Positions 11,605-21,871 of a DNA stretch of 64,000 nucleotides are shown piece by piece. Each line of letters starts with the position of its first letter. Positions within the stretch are counted from its first letter, which is position 1. The DNA comes from Cenococcum geophilum (taxonomy: Eukaryota): positions 15,376,001 through 15,440,000 of the forward strand of contig CP158635.1 in assembly GCA_050273025.1 (NCBI GenBank). Direction: 5' to 3'. The notes under the pieces were generated by a model. It was not told where the DNA came from and did not search any database. It saw only the letters and a list, made by a program, of their open reading frames with translations. The translations under genes and the position numbers were made by a program.

Positions 11605-13956
11605 ATGATTTAGAGCCTCCGCGAGAGGCTTCCCCTTAACGCCTAAAGTAGATAGCTCTATATTTTATATAGTTATAATATAAATATATTTAAAAGTATA
11701 CTATAGAAATCTATGGAAATATGTGATAATTTGGTTATTATATAATATAATTATAATTTATATAGTTACAATTTGTACAGTTTTTACAATTCGTACAATT
11801 CGTACAATTTGTACAATTTGTATAGTTTTTACAATTCGTATAATTCGTATAATTCGTACAGTTTGCGCACTATTTATTTATAGGGTAGCATTTTACCGCA
11901 ATTTGCTATTAGGTGCTGCAAATTTATTGTAAAACGCGCAAATTGCTGTTAGGGTGCTGTAAACTTGTTGCAAAACGTGCGTTTTGCGCAAATTGCTATC
12001 GACCATATCCACCTGCCGCAACCGTACGGTTTGTGGCAATTTGCCGCAAACCGCAACAACGAGCCCCAAAAAAAATTTCCTGATGATGTCTATTTTATGC
12101 TTAACTAATATAGGGTCGGGTAAGGTTTATACAGCCTCTTTACTAGAAATATCCTCTAAGTCTATATATTTCTGTAAAATCTCTAGTTCCTTAACTACGC
12201 ATAGCCGGATATCCGAAAATGAATATCCCGTGTCCCCATTCTTAGTGTTAAGAGTGGCATATATGGCATATACCCACCCTTCTTCTTATATATGGTTTAA
12301 AAAAGTCTCTTAATCTTTAACTATAATACGTGGTTAAGACTTCCGATGTTAATACAAGGCTAAAGGCCAATTAATGTCCGGATTAACTTGGCAAAGCTAT
12401 AGGTATCCTAAAATAAGGTTATACCCCTTAATTTCTGCGGCATAGAAGCGCATCTCCTATATATCCTATAGACTATCGCGGTCCTAGCTAGCTATGGAAA
12501 AAGCCTGTTCCCTATAGCATAGAATCTAGTAGCCTTTAATGCTTTAAATGGTGCGTACCTATAAGCCGCTAAGGTCTAAATCTAATTCTTTTACTAGTAA
12601 TTAAGAAATAAACCTTATACTCGCGCCGCTATCTATAAGGCAGTCTCGCGTTACCTATTTATTATTAACTTAAATAAAGACAGGAATAACTATATAGCAG
12701 TTTACTTCCTCCTTCTCTTACTAGCCTAGTATAAGGGAGTAAAGATCTACTAGGCTGTCTCTTTTTTTAATTAGGCCGACTCTTACTTCTTCTGCCAATA
12801 GAAGCGGCTTATATGGCCCTTCTTGCCATAGTTATAATAGGTACGTGTCTCCCGGTTCCCCTTCTACGGATTAGGTCTCTACCTATTATTATTTTAGGGT
12901 TAACTAGCGTTGCTCTAGGGCTGTGAGGCCTGCTCGCGTTATCCTTCTGTAGAGTGGTTAGGTCGGAATCTGCCCCTATTATTAAAGCTAGGTCTAGTCC
13001 TACGCTCTTTATTGTTAGCGTCTTGTTCCTTTTACTTACCTAGATGGTCTCTTTTAGCACTCTTAATCCGAGTAGCTTTAGAGATAAGCTTTTCTTAAAA
13101 GGTAGGAATTTCGCCCTTTTCTTATATGGCCTGTTAAATCTTAGGTTGTAGCTTAGTAAGTAGCTAGTGAAGTTATATAGCGTTATCCTATAGATCTAAG
13201 TAGGGTATATTGTCTTCTAGTTCTTCTAAGTAGTTTATAAACTGGACTATAGTCTGACCATCCCGCTATTTGGCGTTATGGTATCGCTGGTTGTAGTTTA
13301 TTTCTTAATTAGTAGGGTCTTGGACCTAATTAACTAACTAGGTCCTAAGTTCGCTAAATTTAAAGGGTATAGTAAGTTTCTTCTTATAGCGTGTCTATGA
13401 ACTCTTAATAGTACTATGTAGAAAGGTAAAAGTAATTAGTGTCTAATTATACTTATTAGAGTAACGTTTTAGATCTAGCCGAAACTTAATTTCGTATTAT
13501 TAGATAAAATAATTGCAGTTCTAAAGACTATTACTATAGTACTTATTAGGTTCCTTTATACGGAATTTAGGTTTTTTTAACGTTATAGCATAGTATAGCG
13601 TTACCCCTTTGAGTCCGCTTCGTGTCTAGGGTGTCTATACTTCCCCTAATTGTCCTTATAATTGTTCTTGGTAGTTTTAATATACTTATCTTAATTATAT
13701 CTCCAACTCCTTTGTTTTTTTATAGGGTCTTATATAGCGACCGCTCTAATAACTCCCTAGCGGTAATTATTTCTAAAGGTCTTATAAGGTTAGACAGACT
13801 AGCCGTAGCTTCTTTATAGGAAGAGGGAATACGCTCCTCTAAGGAGACTCTTTAAGCCTCTTATGGTGAGGGCGTTGCTTTATAGGGTACAGGAGTATAG
13901 TTTGTTATTATTAATTAATAGCCGTACGTTCCTAACGGATTATAAACGATTAGAAT

Positions 13957-14334
13957 TATAAGAGGCTAGCCTAACCAGAATATATAATTATCTAATTAAT
14001 AGTGTCACTGGTAAGTAAAAGGTAAGTTAAAGGTAAATAGAAGGTAAGTTAAAGGTAGAATAAGTTTTATGTATTAAAGGATAAATGCTTTTAACCACTT
14101 CTATTTAGAGACTAATTGCTAATTCTTTTTTAGAGGAGAACTAGCTCCCTATATAATCTTTCTAAGACACTAGTAAAACCCTTTACCCCTTATCTGTCTA
14201 ACTATGTCTTTTAGGACGTAGATAAAATATAGGTAAAACCTCCTTTTAGAATATAGATAAGACCTCCTTTTGGAATATAGATGAGACCTCCTTCTATCTT
14301 ATCTGATATGTACCTTCTAGGGAATTCCGTTATA
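13957..14334 (-). repeat. 5' LTR (378 bp)
   Basis: TATAAGAGGCTAGCC...AATTCCGTTATA. The differences I checked against the other LTR are C/T or G/A transitions. Confidence 0.95.
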
Positions 14335-14726
14335 ATAAGCCTTATATTTATATACTATTTACCTAACCTTTACTATAAGCTTCTTTACCTCCTTCCATCT
14401 ATATATCTAGCACTTTAGTAGGCTTTTATAGCCTTACTTCCTTATAAAGCTTTTAATAGAATGGTAAGTTCGCGTCTTATACCATTAAATTGTAGGCAGT
14501 GGGGTTTTAGCTATAACGTAGGTGGTTTTTTAATTCGTTTTATTTTTATAACCAGGCCCAATACTAGATTAATATTACCTATATTTTAGTAAGTTTTGAC
14601 AAAGAAGACGCTTAGTATCGTGCTTATTTAGGCCTATCTTTTAACTGCCTATAATAATAAGGTTCTATTATCGGGAAAATATTCGCAGGATGAGATTTAA
14701 GTAGACTTTAGTTTTCGCGTTTCGCG

Positions 14727-15122
14727 TAATTAATATATAATTTAACTAACTCGATACGCAATTAACTAACTTAACACGCAATTAACCAACTTAATATATA
14801 ATTTAACTAACTTAATATATAGTTAACCTACTTAATATACAATTTAACTAACTTAATACGCAGTTGACCTACTTAATATATAATTTAACTAACTTAATAC
14901 GCAGTTAACCTACTTAATATACAATTTAACTAACTTAACACGCAGTTAACCTACTTAATATGCAATTTAACTAACTTAATACGCAGTTAACCTACTTAAT
15001 ATACAATTTAACTAACTTAATACGCAGTTAACCTACTTAATATATAATTTAACTAACTTAATACGTAATTAACCTACTTAATATATAATTTAACTAACTT
15101 AATATGTAGTTAACCTACTTAA
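14727..15122. repeat. 21-bp minisatellite with an alternating 42-bp higher-order unit
   Basis: CAATTTAACTAACTTAATACG alternating with CAGTTAACCTACTTAATATA. Confidence 0.9.
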
Positions 15123-15263
15123 TAACTTTAAAAGCTAACTATATATTTCTTAACGTGCGATTAAAGTAAAGTTATATACTATATATTTAACTATTATATA
15201 TAATCCTATATAATCTTATATAATCTTATACAATCTTATATAATCTTATAGTCTTATTACTTA

Positions 15264-15727
15264 AAGGCTCTACACGAGGCTTTATATAAAGCTTTACGTA
15301 CAGAGGCTCTATACGAAGCTTTATATAAGGCTCTTTATAAGGCTCTATATAAAGCTTTGCATATAGAGGCTCTGTATAAAGCTCTATATAAAGCTTTATA
15401 TAAAGCTCTATACAAAGCTCTATATAAAGCTCTGCACAAAGCTCTATACGAGGCTCTATACGAAGCTCTACATAAAGCTCTATATAAAGCTCTACACGAG
15501 GCTTTATATAAGGCTCTGCGTAAGGCTCTACGCGAAGCTCTACGTATAGAGGCTCTGCATAAGGCTTTGCGAGAAGCTCTGCGTATAAAGGCTCTGCACG
15601 AGGCTTTACGAGAAGCTCTACGTATAAAGGCTCTATACGAGGCTCTGCGAGAAGCTTTGCGTATAGAGGCTTTATACAAGGCTCTGCGCGAAGCTCTATA
15701 TATAAAGGCTCTATATAAAGCTCTATA
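15264..15727. repeat. RIP-mutated copy of the 12-bp minisatellite
   Basis: (TATAAAGCTCTA)n variants of CACGAAGCTCTG, followed by the same unique spacer TATCGGGTCCCCGCTATATTCC as at ~10748. Confidence 0.9.
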
Positions 15728-15860
15728 TCGGGTCCCCGCTATATTCCTAATAGCCTCTACACATGCCTCTACCCTATATAACTACCTTATTTTTTACCCT
15801 TTCTTCCTTCTTTATATCCTCCCTACTTAGGGAGGCACTAGAACGGCAGCTAGTAGAGAA

Positions 15861-17000
15861 CCGTTGCTAGAACTAGATAACCGTCACTAGAACTAGATAA
15901 CCGTTACTAAAACTAGATAACTATCGCCAGCTAGACGACTGTTACTAGAACTAGATGACTATTACTAGAACTAGACGACTGTTGCTAACTAAATAACCGT
16001 TACTAGAACTAAATAACCGTTACTAGAGCTAGACGACCGTCGCCAGAACTAGATAACCGTTGTTAGCGCTAGATAACCGTCGCTAGAACCAGACGACCGT
16101 CGCTAGCTAGACGACCGTTACTAGAACTAGACGACCGTTGCTAAAGCCAGACAACCGTCGCCAGAACTAGACGACCGTCGCTAGAACTAGACGACTATTA
16201 TTAGCCAGATAACTGTTACTAGAACCAGACGACCGTTACTAGAGCCAGACGACTGTCACCAGAACTAGACGACCGTTGCTAGCGCTAGACGACCGTCGCC
16301 AGAACTAGACGACCGTCGCTAGCTAGACGACCATTACCAGAACCAGACGATTGTTGCCAAAGCTAGACGACCGTCGCCAGAACTAGATAACCGTTGCCAG
16401 CGCTAGACGACCGTCGCCAGAACTAGACGACCGTCGCTAGCTAGACGACTGTTACCAGAACCAGACAACTGTTGCTAGAGCTAGATGACCGTCGCTAGAA
16501 CTAGACGGCCGTCGCCAGAACCAGACGACCGTTGCTAGAACTAGACGACTGTTGCTAGCTAGACGACCGTTACCAGAACCAGATAACCGTTGCCAGAGCC
16601 AGACGACCGTCGCCAGAACTAGACGACCATTACCAGCGCTAGATAACCGTTGCTAGAACTAGACGACCGTCGCTAGCTAGACGACCGTTACTAGAACCAG
16701 ACGACCGTTGCTAGAGCTAGACGACCGTCGCTAGAACTAGACGACTGTTACTAGCGCTAGACGACTATTGCTAGAACTAAACGACCGTCGCTAGCTAGAC
16801 GACCGTTACTAGAACTAGATAACCATTACTAGAGCTAGATAACCGTCGCCAGAACCAGACGGCCGTCGCTAGAACTAGACGACCGTCGCCAGAACTAGAC
16901 GACCGTTACTAGAACTAGACAACTATTGCTAGCCAGACGACTATTACTAGAACTAGATAACCGTTGCTAGAACTAAACAACTGTCGCTAGAGCTAGACGA
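15861..17000. repeat. RIP-mutated, longer copy of the 21-bp GACGACCGTCG minisatellite
   Basis: AGACGACCGTCGCCAGAACT units interspersed with 17-bp variants. Confidence 0.92.
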
Positions 17001-17063
17001 TAATAACTAGCTAGCTAACACTATAAACGATTTAATTAATTAATTAAATTAAGGTAGCATAAA

Positions 17064-17525
17064 CAGGTAGGTATAAATAGGTAGATGCTAATAGGTAGGT
17101 AGATATAGATAGGTAGGTAGATATAGATAGGTAAGTAGATATAAATAGGCAGGTAGATATAGATAGGTAAGTAGATGTAGATAGGCAAGTAGATATAGAT
17201 AGGTAGGTAGATATTAATGGATAAGTAAATATAAATAGGTAGGTAGATATAAATAAGTAGATATAAACAAGTAGGTAGATATAGATAGGTAAGTAGATAT
17301 AGATAGGTAAGTAGATATAGATAGGTAAGTAGATATAGATAGGTAAGTAGATATAGATAGGTAAGCAGATATAGATAGGTAGGTAAATGTTAACGAGTAG
17401 GTAAATATAGATAGGTAAGTAGATATAAATAGGTAGGTAAATGTAAACAGGTAGATATAGATAGGTAGGCGATGTAGATAGGTAGGTAGATATAAATAGG
17501 TAGGCGATATAGGTAGGTAGGTAAG
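17064..17525. repeat. 16-bp repeat (AGGTAAGTAGATATAG-type) derived from an AGGT microsatellite
   Basis: Directly visible, in the same position relative to the 21-bp array as 11476-11604. Confidence 0.85.
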
Positions 17526-19972
17526 TTAATAGGTATAATAGATAGGTATAAAAGAACCATCGCTATATTATATTAAATTATCTAAAATAATAATATTTAT
17601 TTTGCTAGCCTTATAAATAGCTTTAAAATAGCTTTTATTTATTTAAAATATGCTATTAGTATAAAAGAGGTAAATATAATTATGGTTACTAAATACGTAG
17701 ATTACTAGCAGGTTGCGCGTAGGTTACGCGCAGGTTACGCGCAGGCTGCGCGCAGGCTGCGTGTTAAAAAAACACGACATAGGCTAGTCGGTCGAGTTGC
17801 CAAATGACCTTAACTACGCGCTAATTGCGTTAACTACCAACCATTGAGGCCATTAAAAGGGTACCATATTTTGCCGATGATGCTAATTATATACGGAAAC
17901 AGTAGTGGGTTTAAAGGTGCTTCCTTAATATCTAGAAGATCTTCTTACTAATAATATAGGTGTTAATTATAGCCGTATTAAGCGCCTAGAAGAATAAGGG
18001 TAGCTAGGTGCGTATAGTAGTAATCTAGGTAGTATAGTAGCTTTGAAGCTAATTATAAATATTAACGCCGCCTATTTAGTTATTGTAGTTAATAGAGAGC
18101 CTAGGTAGCGTTAACTTCTTAATTAAATTATTGCCCTAAACATTAGCTACTAGTTTCTTAAGGAAGGAATTATATACCTATAGCCGACGTTAATTAACTT
18201 TATTAACGTCCTTATTACTATATAGGTGAATTATCGTTAAAAACCGTACTAAATTCTTATCCTATTATATAATTAAAAGCACCAAATTAAATACGCCGAT
18301 AACTACTCCTGTAATAAAGTTAAATGGTAGCCTTTCCTTCTTTTTATTAGCCCTTTTATACACCTTTAGATAGTCCTTTAAGTTTAATTAAGCTGTGCTA
18401 GCTATAGTAATTCTAAGTTGTTAAAGCACCTAGAGTAACGGAATATTTGTAAAGTAGTTATCTAAAAATAGGCAAAATTAACGAGCCTAAAGAGGAAGCT
18501 GTTAGGTAAGGTAGAGGACGTACTTAGAGGTATTTAAGAGAACAATATCTTAATAATCTGTTTGAGAAGGAAGCCTAAAAAAGTAGCCAGGTAAGGTAAA
18601 TATAAAGCTATAGCAATATCTATATTAACAAAGGCTTATTATCTTAAAGCCCTCTAGTACTAGCTTACTAGGTAATTTAATTATAGCTATAGATTGTCTA
18701 GTAAACCTTACTATTATCTTATTAAAGCTAACTATAGATTTAGGTATAATATACTTTCTAAACGCCTTGCCCAAAGGAGTTGTTAATGGCTTAATTTTCT
18801 TAAAGACTTAACGTTTAACGCCCTCTAGTGGAGGTGGTGAGATATAAAAGAAGCGCTTAAGTTACTCCTATCTTTTTAGGCCTATAAATAAGCTAATTAA
18901 GTGTCTAGGATATTTAGAATCTACGGCCTAAAGATCTAGCACCTAAGTGCCTTTAAAGACGCCTATATAGATAATAAGCCCTACCTAAATTATTAATTCG
19001 CCAGCGGAGGTCTCCTTTTATACCCGTAATTGTTTACCCATATATTATCCCAATTGGTAATATCCGCCAGCATTTTAAAAGGCTGCATATAGGTTTATAT
19101 TAATCGCGAGCTTCTTAAATATACTAACACTAAAGAATAGTAGAAATACTTAAATTGGCAGGTTCTATCTAGATCTATATCCGCTAGACACTATACTAAT
19201 CTAATCTGCTAGCGTATAATAAGCATAGCGCTTATAATCCTTATTTTAATTAGAAAGGTTATTAGATTTAACGTCCGCGTTAATGCTACTAATAGGCTTA
19301 CTAGTACGCCGAGCGGCGAATATTAACTTATTTAGAAGGTTAATAACTTTAAAATCTAGTTTAGAAATAGCAGCTATAGGCTCCTATAAAGTAGGAATAG
19401 TAGGAAGGCCTATTCTTATAACTTCTTTAGCTAATAGCTCTGGTAGTTTAGTCTTATCTACCTTATCTGCCTTATCCTTAGCAGTCTTACTGCGGGCCTT
19501 AAAAGAGGCTTTTAATTCGTCCTCGATATCCTCTGTCTAGCTACTTAGCTAAGCCTCCACTGCCTACTGCGTAGCTACTGCCGACACGCTATCGTGTGTA
19601 TACTGCGTTACTTAAAAGGATTGTGAATAGGACTCCTAGGCTTAAGGTACTTTTAGAGGCTTTGGAAGCTTTAGAGCCAAAGGAGTATAACTTTTTTTAG
19701 GCGGCATAAGGACGATATTTTACTGGCAATTTAATAATTAAATAGATGGCAACAATATTAAAGCTTTTAGATTAACTATACTAAATATTATAGGCTTCCT
19801 GGCCACGTCGCTACTATTTACCGCAATATTTAAGTGTTAATAAGGCGCTAGTACCCTTGCTACTGCACTAACTAGAGGCTTTAACACTAAGCTCTATATA
19901 GTATAGAGCCTCTAGATTGGCTTATAAGGCGTATATATACAAAAAGTCTATAAAAACTTGCCAGATAAAGGG

Positions 19973-21310
19973 ATATCCCTAGCATTTTAGGGTTACCTAA
20001 TAGAATATCTAAAGAAAGCTTTTTATTATATAAAGCGCCTCCTAGTCCTTTAGACTAAGATAGTTCTTTTTAAGCGTATTAAAGTTACGCTTAGTATATA
20101 TATTAAGGGCAGACTCTTTCTAAATTGCTATACTAAGTATAAAATACCAGCTATTCTATTTCGTATGATTATTAAGCGGAATTCTTCTCTCTATAAGACT
20201 TTTAAACTCCCTTATACGGCTAGCTAAGCTGCATGTATATACAGTAATATTATAAAGCTTTCTAAGTGCGCTAAGTTTCCGAAATGAATTACTCTTCTCT
20301 TTCTCCTCTTTTAGATCTAGCTCTTTTCCTTCTTTATATAACTTAATATTATTAAGACTAATTAAGTTTTTAAAGAGGAAAGCCTATATAGTAAGGTTAA
20401 GAATATAACCCTAATAGCGGATCCGTTAATAGACGGGATTCTATTTAATTCCTTCTTCCTAGAGAAGCTAGTCGCTTATTATATAATAGAGCTTATTATT
20501 TGCAGTATAGTTATCGGATATAACGGCACCTAGCTTTTATATAATCCCGTAGTCCTTAAGCACTAGAAGAAGAGTATTCTATTACTTATTCCCGCTATAA
20601 GAGGCTACCGTATAAAGGCCAAGAAGAGCATTTATAAGCTTTTCCTAGCTATTAATAAAATGGCCGCAAATTATAAGGAGAAGGTAATTATTTAGAGAGG
20701 TCTAGATATTAATGGAGAGATAAATACTTATTAGTGCAGACTGCAGCCTCTTTTATATAATATCCTTTTGCGATAGCTATAAGTTATAGATCTTTTTATT
20801 AACTGCTAAATAGGCTATAGTTACATGGCCATCTACTTTAGGATTAATTAACTATAGAAGAACATAGAACTCTAGCCACTTAACCATCCAAAATAGTAAG
20901 TTTTATATAATAATTAATGTAATAAGGGCCTTATTAATAACTTCCTTATTTAGGACCGCTCGGAGTACTTCTAAATCTAGCTCTTCTATCTCGTTTTAAG
21001 ATAACGCTTTAAGGTAAAGGTCTTTTAATTAATTCTATATTGCTTCTTTTATATAACTAGTTTTAGGCTTAACTATAATGCTATGCTTTAACGCCAAGTA
21101 ATTTCGGAAGTTAGAAGTTGACTATACAGCATACGACTCTGTGTAGTGTTTACAATAAAATAAAAGATAGGCTTTTTTATTTTGTACGGGCTCATTACTG
21201 CCTAGTGGACGGGTATACTCCTATGTTAAAAGAGCTAAGCAACCTCTTGTATTTTTTGATTTAGAGGTATTAATAGAGTCGAGAGCTTCTGATTCCACTT
21301 CTAAAGCCAT
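19973..21310 (-). pseudogene. hAT transposase, N-terminal part (BED finger and DDE core), RIP-inactivated
   Basis: Reads LFYCKHY(C)TESY..TSNFRNY(H)LALKH (BED finger) near 21170-21080 and LSLKD*EALYIIKSFL*IFY*VTLKC*G up to the piggyBac junction. Confidence 0.85.
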
Positions 21311-21871
21311 ATTTTGTACGATAATAAAGAAGAAAAAGGCGACGAAAATTTATTTGGGGTATGCCAAGACTTATCGCGATAAGATTTATCCAAAACCACC
21401 CTGATCCTAAGTACCCCCTGCATCTGAATGGAATTATGGATTAGGTTCTGGTTCTGCTGAAAATCGCGGATTGGTAGTGAGCTCTTATGCTTAAGAAATT
21501 TGCTTGCTCCTTAGATTTTAAACAGCGTAGCGATTTCGGTCCAATGAGGCCCAGGAAGGCTTGGTTCATCAATATACGCGGGTCGCATTATTTGATTTCA
21601 TAATGCTCGTTATTTTAATCGCCAAAGACGAGCCTACGTCTGAATGGAAATTCATTTTCCCATTCCATGAACTCTTCATAGTGCGTCCACGCCTTACGGA
21701 TACCGTCATCCAATATACGCCGCACCTCTATGCATTACGACAGCAACACTAAGCGCACTGTACTAGCTACTGAGATGTGTAAGCTGTGAAACAGACGTAT
21801 ACCATATGGTGAGTGGAGAGGTATTTGAAGATGTAGTTATGATCACAGCTGTTGTGACCTTGCATATGGGG

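Larger units (their letters stand above)
9333..12085. mobile_element. Non-autonomous TIR element A (CATCAGG termini) inserted in Gypsy pol
   Basis: TIR CATCAGGAAATTTTTTTTTGGGC, with the inverse ending at 12085. AT duplicated at 9331-9332 and 12086-12087. Removing it restores pol [18 protein letters not shown]. Confidence 0.9.
6055..13910 (-). pseudogene. Gypsy gag-pol, interrupted by the insertion at 9333-12085
   Basis: RT: FRLTNALAIFQAYINKVL..IVYLNNIIVY (RIPed FGLTNAPATFQ..VYLDDILIY, ORF 8622-8951). RNase H: TDASGF.LGA near 8400-8370. Integrase: AFY(P)QTDG near 6900. Chromodomain/GRPRK tail near 6350-6080. Ends are approximate. Confidence 0.92.
3795..14334 (-). mobile_element. Full-length Ty3/Gypsy (chromovirus-type) LTR retrotransposon, RIP-degraded
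   Basis: Two 378-bp direct repeats, 5-bp TSD ATAAG (3790-3794 and 14335-14339), and a minus-strand polypurine tract next to 4173. Domain order gag-PR-RT-RH-IN-chromo on the minus strand. Confidence 0.97.
14669..17879. mobile_element. Non-autonomous TIR element B (CATCGG termini) inserted in the piggyBac transposase
   Basis: Left TATCGGGAAAATAT (RIPed CATC), right ATATTTTGCCGATG. AT duplicated at 14667-14668 and 17880-17881. Removing it restores TTA GCA TAG(TGG) AAC CTT = L-A-W-N-L. Confidence 0.85.
3733..19707 (-). pseudogene. piggyBac (DDE_Tnp_1_7) transposase split into three pieces: 19707-17880, 14666-14335 and 3789-3733
   Basis: RIP-reverted motifs: SFDEMMVRFTGRS..IKLPSKPVPEGFKI (~18730-18630); YN.QMGGVD..DQL.SYY..RTWLPLFFWALDTAIINTYII (~18090-17945); FRIQLAWNLII across the 17880/14667 junction; C-terminal cysteine-rich domain C.MC...C.ACGLPLC..CF..FH across the Gypsy insertion. 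Confidence 0.9.
3145..19972 (-). mobile_element. piggyBac-like DNA transposon inserted in the hAT transposase
   Basis: Termini CCCTTTGTCTGGTAA..GACTTTTTGTA (3145) and the inverse TACAAAAAGTC..TTGCCAGATAAAGGG (ends 19972). Flanked by AT on both sides. Encodes piggyBac transposase motifs. Confidence 0.9.
2043..21403 (-). mobile_element. hAT DNA transposon (RIP-degraded), expanded to 19.4 kb by nested insertions
   Basis: TIR CAGGGTGGTTTTAGATAA at 2043 and its inverse TTATCCAAAACCACCCTG ending at 21403 (1 transition). Perfect 8-bp TSD ATCCTAAG at 2035-2042 and 21404-21411. Confidence 0.95.

Noticed and set aside
15335..15830. ORFs of 114 and 157 aa
   Set aside because: RIPed copy of the same 12-bp array; translation artefacts.
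3141..19976. Reading the piggyBac flanks as a mismatched 4-bp TSD (TTAT/ATAT) or a Tc1-like TA TSD
   Set aside because: Both models leave the host hAT transposase out of frame, and the same test fails at 47117-47426. Only a net 2-bp duplication works.
2043..21403. Possibility that the 19-kb block is a Starship-like giant element
   Set aside because: No tyrosine-recombinase captain or host-like cargo is present, and the size is fully explained by nested insertions.
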